A stretch of DNA of 64,000 nucleotides from contig JBBTXY010000003.1 in assembly GCA_038062075.1 (NCBI GenBank), positions 17,589 through 81,588 on the forward strand. Reading direction: 5' to 3'. This DNA is from Patescibacteria group bacterium. GTDB taxonomy: Bacteria; Patescibacteriota; Minisyncoccia; Phycocordibacterales; UBA2100. The notes below the pieces were generated by a model, which had not been told where the DNA came from, did not search any database, and saw only the letters and a program-made list of their open reading frames with translations. Positions 48,399 to 56,255 of the stretch are shown in pieces. Each line of letters starts with the position of its first letter. The stretch's first letter is position 1. Made by a program: the position numbers and the translations under genes.

Positions 48399-49693
48399 CG
48401 GCATCGGGCTTTGCATCATTTGTGCAACGCCACAAAACCGAGCTCATCATTTTCAGCGGCGCGCTCCTCATCCGCGTGCTGTACGTGGTCCTGATCCAGG
48501 CGGTTTCGGGTGCGCACGGCTTTATCTCGCATGCCGATGCCTACTTTTTCTACTACCGCGCCGCACTCAATCTTCTCGAACACCACGTGTTGAGCATCGC
48601 GGAAATGGCCCCCTATTACCCAGATGCGTACCATACGCCGCTCTACGCACTCTTCCTCGCCGGGCTTATCGCGCTCAAGGTGCCGTTAGGGGGGGTTGTT
48701 CTGGTGCAGAGCGTGTTTTCTTCGCTGACGGCGGTCCTGGCCTATAGGATCGGCATCATCCTCTCCCGCCGTGCATGGATCGGGGTTTTTGCCGCAGTGC
48801 TTGTCGCGCTCGAACCGATGTCCTTGTACTGGAACGGGCTTCTCATGTCTGACGTCCTTTTCGGATTCTTGCTGACGGTATCCTACTACCTTCTCATAAC
48901 CGGACGGTATCGTATAAGCGCGGTCGCACTCGGGCTTTCTGCCCTCACCCGCCCGATCATGCTCTACCTTGCTCCGGTCTTTTTTCTTGCCATGGTGTTT
49001 GGAGAGTTCCGGCGCGAGAGGACATTCTGGGAGAACAGTGCGCGTACGCTCGCTTCGTTCGCGATCTTCGTTGCGATTATCTTCCCGTGGTTCGTGCATA
49101 ATAAGATAACGTCAGACACGTGGGCATTCACGAGCGCAGGATGGTATGAGATTTATGTCGCACCACTTCAGGAGTTCACGAAGCGGTATGGATATGAAGT
49201 GCCGGACGTAGAGACGTTGGGAGCCTCTGATTTCTCGCGCTTTAACTTTTCCTACTCTTCGCGCTATCGTGATGTGGCGCTTCCACTCATCATCCAGCAT
49301 CCGATTCAATACGGCCTTACGCATCTGTCCCGTTCGGCGAGGTCGGTGGTCACGAACCGCTACGAATACCTCGTGAACGTCGTCATTAAGTCACAAGTGC
49401 CGTCTCTATACGAGCGTTTTTCTAGCATTTTTTCACTGCTGCTTGTCGTAGGATGGTTGTTTTGGATCATCGTGTATCTTCTGTGCGCGGTCGCATTCTT
49501 CGAGAAGGAGATACGAATCTGGTGGTTCTTTTTAGCTGGACTCTTTCTCATCAACATCCTACTCTCGGGCGGGATCAATCCCGGAGGCGCCGAGATGAGC
49601 CGCTACATGCTTGGGCTCCATGCGTTCTTTTTCGCATTCGCGGGCGTCGGTGTACAGGTAATATCGCGATGGCGGAATTCGTTCAATGAGTGA
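48395..49693 (+). CDS. GT-C membrane glycosyltransferase
   Basis: DAY..Y.AALNL, HTPLY, SD.LF, RP, SRY. Confidence 0.8.
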   Translation: MTASGFASFVQRHKTELIIFSGALLIRVLYVVLIQAVSGAHGFISHADAYFFYYRAALNLLEHHVLSIAEMAPYYPDAYHTPLYALFLAGLIALKVPLGGVVLVQSVFSSLTAVLAYRIGIILSRRAWIGVFAAVLVALEPMSLYWNGLLMSDVLFGFLLTVSYYLLITGRYRISAVALGLSALTRPIMLYLAPVFFLAMVFGEFRRERTFWENSARTLASFAIFVAIIFPWFVHNKITSDTWAFTSAGWYEIYVAPLQEFTKRYGYEVPDVETLGASDFSRFNFSYSSRYRDVALPLIIQHPIQYGLTHLSRSARSVVTNRYEYLVNVVIKSQVPSLYERFSSIFSLLLVVGWLFWIIVYLLCAVAFFEKEIRIWWFFLAGLFLINILLSGGINPGGAEMSRYMLGLHAFFFAFAGVGVQVISRWRNSFNE

Positions 49694-49841
49694 TAAAATG
49701 CTGCCCTATATGCCCGTACACACGAAATGGCATAGCGCTTAGAATTGTAATCGGTTATTCTACAAACTCTATGGTGTCAATTTACAAGTCATCTGTAGGG
49801 GCATTCGTTGCGCAGCAACAATGCCATTTCGTGTGACGGGT

Positions 49842-51026
49842 ATGCACTGTCGCCTGTGCCGTCATGAGAACACGCTTGAGTTCCTGGATCTGGGGAAACA
49901 GCCTCTCGCCAACAAATATCCGAAAAAAGAGGAGTTTGAGACCGAGGATTTCTTTCCCGTAAAGGTCTTTTTCTGTCCAGAGTGCAAGAGCGTGCAGCTC
50001 GGAACACAGGTCTCGCGCGAGAGGATGTTTGAAGACTACTTTTATCTTTCGTCGGTGAATACGGGACTCGTGAAGCAGTATGAAGTATTTGCGAAGACTC
50101 TTGCGGATTCGAGATTTGTTGTCGACATAGGCTCGAATGACGGCATATTATTGAAACCTCTGAAAGAGATGGGGGTCAAAGCCGTCGGCGTCGAACCCTC
50201 CATCAATGTGTCAAAGATAGCGAACGATGCGGGCCTCACCACGATCACCTCATTCTTCGATGCGAGAGCGGCCGCACAGGTAGAGAAAGAGTACGGAAAG
50301 CCCGATGTGATCACAGGCTTCAGCATGTTCTCGCACCTGGGGGACCCGCATGATTTTATCGAAGATGTGAAAAATCTCCTGATGGACGACGGCAGATTCA
50401 TCCTGGAGATCGAATATGTCGATACCATGCTGAAGAACATGTCCTTCGAACGATTTTACTTGGATAGGATCTCCTACTATTCCGTAACCTCGCTTGAGAA
50501 CTTGTTCCAGCAGCACGGCATGTACCTCTCCGACGTGGAGGAGACGGATTCTCATGGGGGGTCATTGCGCGCAACGGTGCAAAAGAAAGGAAAGGGTCAG
50601 GTGCCAACGGAGCGCGTCGCGCGTCATATCACGTATGAGGCGAAGAAGCTGACAGCAGAGAGCCTGACCGAATTCGGGAATGAGGCCATGGCGCAGATAG
50701 CAGCGCTTCGCGGAAAATTAGAGGAATTCAAAGCTGCCGGACTGAAGGTTGCTGGCTTCGGTGCGCCGGCACGCGTCTCCACATTATGCAATTTCGGCCG
50801 TATCGGCCCCGAACTCATTGCATGTATCGTGGACGAGACCCCGCTAAAGCAAAATCGACACAGCCCCGGGACACACATTCCCATCGTGCCGATGTCGCAT
50901 CTGGAAAAGTACCGACCAGACATCTTTGTCGTTTTTGTACATGAATACTTCGACGTCGTGAAGAAAAAGTTATCTGGGGCATCATATCGCTACCTGTTCC
51001 CGATACCGCCAAAAGAAGTACACTAA
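49842..51026 (+). CDS. NDP-sugar C-methyltransferase paralog
   Basis: CRLC..DLGKQPLAN, DIGSNDG, HGGSLR, GFGAPA; alternative start at 49821. Confidence 0.85.
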   Translation: MHCRLCRHENTLEFLDLGKQPLANKYPKKEEFETEDFFPVKVFFCPECKSVQLGTQVSRERMFEDYFYLSSVNTGLVKQYEVFAKTLADSRFVVDIGSNDGILLKPLKEMGVKAVGVEPSINVSKIANDAGLTTITSFFDARAAAQVEKEYGKPDVITGFSMFSHLGDPHDFIEDVKNLLMDDGRFILEIEYVDTMLKNMSFERFYLDRISYYSVTSLENLFQQHGMYLSDVEETDSHGGSLRATVQKKGKGQVPTERVARHITYEAKKLTAESLTEFGNEAMAQIAALRGKLEEFKAAGLKVAGFGAPARVSTLCNFGRIGPELIACIVDETPLKQNRHSPGTHIPIVPMSHLEKYRPDIFVVFVHEYFDVVKKKLSGASYRYLFPIPPKEVH

Positions 51027-51031
51027 TCAAC

Positions 51032-51958
51032 ATGACACGCCTTGCACTCTTCGGGCACGGACGGTGGGGGAAAGCTATTCTCCGGACGCTCGAGGGGTTC
51101 CCCGAAGTGTCGGTTACTGTCGTGGGCCGCGGCGAAACGCCAGGAGCGAACGTTGATGGCGCCATTATCGCAACGCCTGTCTCGACGCACGCCGAACTCG
51201 CGCTCCCGCTTATCGAGCGCGGAGTTCCCCTACTCATAGAAAAACCTCTGACGGCTTCCGTTGAGGAAGCGAACCGTCTCGAGGCTGCTGCCGAAAAGGC
51301 AGACACGCTTGTGCAGGTCGGGCATATTCATCTGCATAATCCGGCATTTATGAAAGTACAAGAACTGCTGCCAACACTAGGCCGCATCCGATATCTCTCA
51401 TTTGAGGGGATGAATAACGGGCCGGCGCGCAATGACGCATCGGTTTTATGGGACTGGCTTCCGCATCCCTTGTCGATGACGTTACGTCTTGTGGAGGCCG
51501 CGCCTCTATCGGTGCAGGCGTGGGGAATAAACTGTTTACGCCCCGACACGCAGGCGCTGTACGACATTGGCATCGTGAGATATGTATTTGAAGGAGGTGC
51601 GTCCTTGCTATGTTCGGTGAATTGGCTCTCGCCCGAGAAGCGCACCAAAATGACAATCGTCGGCGAAACGAGCTCGTTGGTTCACACCGATACGGATGCG
51701 CAGAAACTCGTGCTCTACGAAGGGATGGGCCCGGCTGTTGACGGGATGCAGGTGACGCACCAGGCTCCGTCCGTCTCGTATCCTGCCTATGGGGGTGGCT
51801 GGCCGCTGGAGCACGAACTGCACGCGTTTATTGACGCTCTGCAGAAAGGGTCTCGTGACCGATCAGAGTTGGCATTCGGTGCTCGGATCGTGCGATTGAT
51901 CGCCGCCGCGCACACATCGATCGAAACGGAAGGCCGAGCGGTGACCCTCAATATATAA
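51032..51958 (+). CDS. Gfo/Idh/MocA oxidoreductase
   Basis: GHGRWG, ATP..H, IEKPL, LWD..PH. Confidence 0.85.
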   Translation: MTRLALFGHGRWGKAILRTLEGFPEVSVTVVGRGETPGANVDGAIIATPVSTHAELALPLIERGVPLLIEKPLTASVEEANRLEAAAEKADTLVQVGHIHLHNPAFMKVQELLPTLGRIRYLSFEGMNNGPARNDASVLWDWLPHPLSMTLRLVEAAPLSVQAWGINCLRPDTQALYDIGIVRYVFEGGASLLCSVNWLSPEKRTKMTIVGETSSLVHTDTDAQKLVLYEGMGPAVDGMQVTHQAPSVSYPAYGGGWPLEHELHAFIDALQKGSRDRSELAFGARIVRLIAAAHTSIETEGRAVTLNI

Positions 51959-51966
51959 TCCACCCC

Positions 51967-53406
51967 ATGTCTTCCGGTATCACACGTAAGAAGTTTGTTA
52001 TACTCGGCGCGGGGCCTGCTGGCATGGGGGCTGCGTGGGAACTCCATACAAAGGGCGCGAAAGACATCACGGTCGTCGATCGCAACGACCGTGTCGGCGG
52101 TCTCGCACGCACGTTTACGTTCAAAGGCTATCGTTTCGATGTTGGGCCACACCGATTTCTGACGAAATATCCGGAAGTCGAAGTTCTGTGGAAGCAGCTC
52201 TTAGGCGACGACCTCTTGACCCGTCCGCGACTCACGCGCATTTATTATCGCGGACGTTTTTTTCTATATCCTCTCAAGATGGTGAACGCACTCTGGAATC
52301 TCGGATTTTGGCAGAGCATCCTCGCGGGCTTGAGTTTCCTGAAGGCGCAGATACTGTGGCGTGGGAAGGAGCCGAAGAATTTCGCCGAGTGGACCACGAA
52401 GACCTTCGGCAACCGGATGTCCCAGGCGTTTTTCCGGGACTATTTCAGGAAGGTGTGGGGGATAGGCGCGCACGAGGTCGGGATAGAGTGGGCCGGCCAG
52501 CGCATCAAAGGGATACGTATTCGTGATTTTTTTGGCAATAAGCTGAAAGAATTCGTCTGGCAGCAGAGGTCCGAGAATATCGGCAATCAGTTCTTGTATC
52601 CACGCCACGGTGCAGGGCAATTCTACGAAGCGATGAAACAGGAACTCGAGAGGGCCGGCGTGCATTTCAACCTCGGGCACGAGGTAGTCGCGGTGTGCCA
52701 CGAGGGCGAACATATCACTACGGTTGAAACCGAAGGACCGAATGGCGCGCACGAAATCTTCTCGGGCGACGTGTTCATATCGAGCATACCGGCGAATTTC
52801 CTCGTACAGTCACTCACGCCGGCAGTTTCTGCGAACGTGCTGGCTCTGACGGATACGATGCGTTTCCGTGCGCATATCGCGGTCAATATGATAATCAAAC
52901 GGAAGGATCTCTTTGCTGATTCGTGGTTCTATATCCAATCGTCCGAATTCCGCATCGCTCGCATCGGGAATTACGGCGCATTTAGCCCGGACATGTTGGG
53001 ACGGCCCGACACCTCCGCAATAGGGGTCGAATTCTTTTGCCACGCGGGCGATACGTTCTGGAAACAGAGCGACGAGGATATTATCGCACGTGCGGTAGAT
53101 GAATTGGTCCAGCTCGGGTTTATTGCGCGGGAAGAATTCGACGGCGCGTTCGTCGTCAGACATGCAGATGCATACCCGATGTATTACTTAGGGTATCGTG
53201 AGGAGTTCGCGCGCTTGCGGACGTATCTGGAAGGCTTTGAGAACTTACGGCTCACCGGCCGTGCGGGGATGTATAAGTACAAAGACCAAGATCACGCGCT
53301 CTATACGGGGATCCTGACGGTTCGGAACCTCTTCGGAGAGCATAACGACGTATGGGAGCTCGGAGAAGAAAAGGAATTTTTTGAAGAGAAAACAGTTTCT
53401 AAATGA
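51967..53406 (+). CDS. FAD-dependent oxidoreductase (HemY/UGM-like) paralog
   Basis: GAGPAG, VGGLART, DVGPHRF, AYP.Y, GR.GMYKY.DQDH. Confidence 0.85.
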   Translation: MSSGITRKKFVILGAGPAGMGAAWELHTKGAKDITVVDRNDRVGGLARTFTFKGYRFDVGPHRFLTKYPEVEVLWKQLLGDDLLTRPRLTRIYYRGRFFLYPLKMVNALWNLGFWQSILAGLSFLKAQILWRGKEPKNFAEWTTKTFGNRMSQAFFRDYFRKVWGIGAHEVGIEWAGQRIKGIRIRDFFGNKLKEFVWQQRSENIGNQFLYPRHGAGQFYEAMKQELERAGVHFNLGHEVVAVCHEGEHITTVETEGPNGAHEIFSGDVFISSIPANFLVQSLTPAVSANVLALTDTMRFRAHIAVNMIIKRKDLFADSWFYIQSSEFRIARIGNYGAFSPDMLGRPDTSAIGVEFFCHAGDTFWKQSDEDIIARAVDELVQLGFIAREEFDGAFVVRHADAYPMYYLGYREEFARLRTYLEGFENLRLTGRAGMYKYKDQDHALYTGILTVRNLFGEHNDVWELGEEKEFFEEKTVSK

Positions 53407-53438
53407 TGCCAAGTCCTTCCCGTGCTACAATCCTCTCC

Positions 53439-55658
53439 ATGTTCGAAAAGGCATTGCGCACCATAGTCCTTGCGGGAGTGTTCGCGCTCCCGTTTCTCGT
53501 CCTCTACGTCTCGACGTCGCTCTTCTTTCCCTTCATTACGGGCAAGAATTTTGCCTTTCGCATCATCATCGAGATCATTGCCGGTGCATGGTTTTCTCTT
53601 GCACTAGTCAAGACCGAGTACCGGCCGCGGCGCTCGTGGCTTTTGTGGGCCTTCGCGGCCTTCGTACTTCTGATCGGTATTTCTGATATCTTCGGCGTCT
53701 ATCCGGAGAAGAGTTTTTGGAGCAACTATGAGCGCATGGAAGGGTGGGTGACGCTTGCGCATCTCTTTGTATATTTCGTCGTCGCGGTTTCGGTCCTCAA
53801 CACCGAGCGTCTCTGGAAGTACTGGTGGCACACGACACTTGGCGTCTCCGTCATCGTCGCTTGCATTGGTCTTTTCCAACTTGCGGGATGGGTCCCCATT
53901 AATCAAGGGGGAGCCCGCGTCGATGCGCGCATTGGGAACGCCACCTACCTCGGCGTCTACATGCTGTTCCATGTGTTCATGGCGGCGCTCTTTCTCGCAC
54001 GAGCGTGGGTTGAGCGGGCAAATGAGCGTACTCTGTACGTATCGCTCTATGGGGGAATCATTCTCCTCAATTCATTCGTTCTCTTTTTCACCGCGACGCG
54101 CGGCGCGATCTTAGGGCTCCTTGGCGGATTCCTCTTGAGTGGTCTCATTCTCATCCTACTTGCACCGCGCTCCCGCGTCGCATGGCGAGTTGGGAGCGTT
54201 ATTGCGGCGTTCATCATTCTTACAGGGGCGTTCTGGGCTGTGCGCGATCAGGCGTGGGTCCATCGGATAGAGCCCTTGCACCGCCTCGCGACCATTCTCT
54301 CCGACGGCACGACATTCTCGCGCTTCCTAAACTGGGGGATGGCCCTGCAAGGCTTCAAAGAGCGACCGATACTCGGCTGGGGTCAAGAGAATTATGCGGC
54401 GGTCTTCGACAAATACTACAACCCTGCCATGTACGCGCAGGAGCAGTGGTTCGACCGCACCCATAACATCATCTTTGATTGGCTCATCGCGGGCGGTATC
54501 CTCGGGCTTCTCGCATATTTCTCACTCTATCTTTTCGCACTCATCACTCTGTGGCGAAGCGGTCCGCCTGCGCGCGACGGATCGGGCGCGCGGTCAGGCG
54601 CATTCGCGCTGTATGAGCGCGCGATCCTCACCGGGCTCTTCGCAGGCTACTTCTTCTACCTCCTGTTCACCTTCGACAACATCACGAGCTACCTGCTCTT
54701 TATTTCGCTCTTGGCGTACATCGCGGCGCGCGCGACGGCGGGCGCGTCACCTCCGGTGCGCCCACCGATAACGCCGCTCTCACTCACGAGCTTGCCGATT
54801 GTAGTGGCAGTTATGCTTGTGGGAACGGGCGGGCTCGTGTGGTACGTGAATGCTGATGCGCTCGCCGCGAATCGGGCGCTCATCCAGGGACTTATGCCGT
54901 ATGCCGAAGGAGCATCGAAGAACCTTGCGTTTTTCGAGCAAGCGCTTGAGCGTGGGCATGGGAAGCAGGAAATACGCGAACAGTTCGCGCAGGCGGCGAT
55001 GAGCGTGATTGGTGCTCCCGGAGTGCCCAACGACTTGAAACAGCGTTTTGTACAGCGTGCGGCCGAGGAACTGGTGAAGCAGGCGAATGATGCGCCGCAA
55101 CACGCACGTGGCGCATTCTTTCTCGGCATCCTTCTTGATCGCGCCGGCGCATATGCGGACGCGAAACTGGCGCTTGAGCAAGCGCACGAGCGCTCACCAC
55201 AGAAACAAGGCGTTCTCTTCGAGTTTGGGTTGAATGCGTTCGCGCGCGGTGCAAACGACGAAGCACTTCAGTACTTTAAGTCGGCGTATGAAAGTGCGCC
55301 GCAGTATGCGGAAGCGTTTGCGTACTACGGTGCCGCGCTGATCCAAACGGGGCATGAGAAAGAAGCGGAGGAGCTTCTCGCGCCGTTGATAGGTACACGC
55401 ACTGCGGCGCATCAGCGCATCGCTGCCGCATATGCCGCTCGCGGGAAGTTCGATGCGATTATTGCTATCTGGAGTCCCTACATAGAGAAAAATCCTACCG
55501 ATTTCGACTCACGGCTTGTTATCGTCAGCGCATACTATTCCAAAGGAGACCGCGCGCGAGCGCTGCAGGAGCTTGAGCGTATGCGGCAGGAAATCCCCGG
55601 CGCAGCTGCGCAGATCGATGAACTGATCCGTCAGGCACAGAGCGGGGCGATACAGTAG
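53439..55658 (+). CDS. O-antigen ligase/O-oligosaccharyltransferase-like (Wzy_C) protein with C-terminal TPRs
   Basis: GNATY, TATRGA, RPILGWG.EN, DRTHN..FD; helical TPR tail; start 7 nt after TACAAT. Confidence 0.85.
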   Translation: MFEKALRTIVLAGVFALPFLVLYVSTSLFFPFITGKNFAFRIIIEIIAGAWFSLALVKTEYRPRRSWLLWAFAAFVLLIGISDIFGVYPEKSFWSNYERMEGWVTLAHLFVYFVVAVSVLNTERLWKYWWHTTLGVSVIVACIGLFQLAGWVPINQGGARVDARIGNATYLGVYMLFHVFMAALFLARAWVERANERTLYVSLYGGIILLNSFVLFFTATRGAILGLLGGFLLSGLILILLAPRSRVAWRVGSVIAAFIILTGAFWAVRDQAWVHRIEPLHRLATILSDGTTFSRFLNWGMALQGFKERPILGWGQENYAAVFDKYYNPAMYAQEQWFDRTHNIIFDWLIAGGILGLLAYFSLYLFALITLWRSGPPARDGSGARSGAFALYERAILTGLFAGYFFYLLFTFDNITSYLLFISLLAYIAARATAGASPPVRPPITPLSLTSLPIVVAVMLVGTGGLVWYVNADALAANRALIQGLMPYAEGASKNLAFFEQALERGHGKQEIREQFAQAAMSVIGAPGVPNDLKQRFVQRAAEELVKQANDAPQHARGAFFLGILLDRAGAYADAKLALEQAHERSPQKQGVLFEFGLNAFARGANDEALQYFKSAYESAPQYAEAFAYYGAALIQTGHEKEAEELLAPLIGTRTAAHQRIAAAYAARGKFDAIIAIWSPYIEKNPTDFDSRLVIVSAYYSKGDRARALQELERMRQEIPGAAAQIDELIRQAQSGAIQ

Positions 55659-55661
55659 CAC

Positions 55662-55845
55662 GAAAAAGATCCACTGCGGAGGACGGGTGCGAGCTCCAAA
55701 AGTGAAAGTCAAATTGTGAGTGCCGCCGCCCTCCACAGTAGATCCTTCTTTCCCAAGTGTATCGACTTCCCATAAAAACGCAAAACCCGCCGAAGGCGGG
55801 ATCTGCGCGACTTTCTCTGGGCATCACATCTTTGTGACACTCACG
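55662..55845 (-). ncRNA. Candidate structured minus-strand RNA(s)
   Basis: -10 TATGAT at 55856-55851; GC hairpin with a U-tract; 19-22-bp stem whose mismatches are all G·U on the minus strand. Confidence 0.4.
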
Positions 55846-56066
55846 TAGTTATCATAGCGCATCGAACTGGAAACGCAATCGTATGCATACTGATCTTTTC
55901 TTAGTTTCCATTTTTGATTTTTGTCTCTCTTTAGTTATCCACAGAAAAAATAAAAAACACATGCATGACGCACATAGAGTGCAATAATTCAGAAAACGCA
56001 TCAACATACGCAAAGCAACGATGCGGGTCGAATGTTTTAGTCCCTAGGGAAAACTAAAAAAATACT

Positions 56067-56117
56067 ATGGCCAAGAAAAAGAAGGCGAAGAAGGCAAAGA
56101 AGTCTCGCCGCCGATAA
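56067..56117 (+). CDS. 16-aa lysine/arginine-rich micropeptide MAKKKKAKKAKKSRRR
   Basis: Read directly from the sequence; followed by its own strong terminator. Confidence 0.55.
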   Translation: MAKKKKAKKAKKSRRR

Positions 56118-56135
56118 GACCTCCTCGGTCTATCC

Positions 56136-56170
56136 GAGAAGAACCCTCCTCTGGAGGGTTCTTCTCTTTT
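56136..56170 (+). terminator. Intrinsic terminator
   Basis: 14-bp perfect stem gagaagaaccctcc/ggagggttcttctc followed by tttt. Confidence 0.85.
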
Positions 56171-56255
56171 GAGGCCAAACATTTTTTCAATGCAAAAACG
56201 TTCGTCCGATGAGTCGCCAAAGCGACTCGTTTAGGGTAGGATATTCCAACTGCAT

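Noticed and set aside
55935-55943. DnaA box TTATCCACA as a possible oriC
   Set aside because: Single perfect box with no cluster and no dnaA nearby
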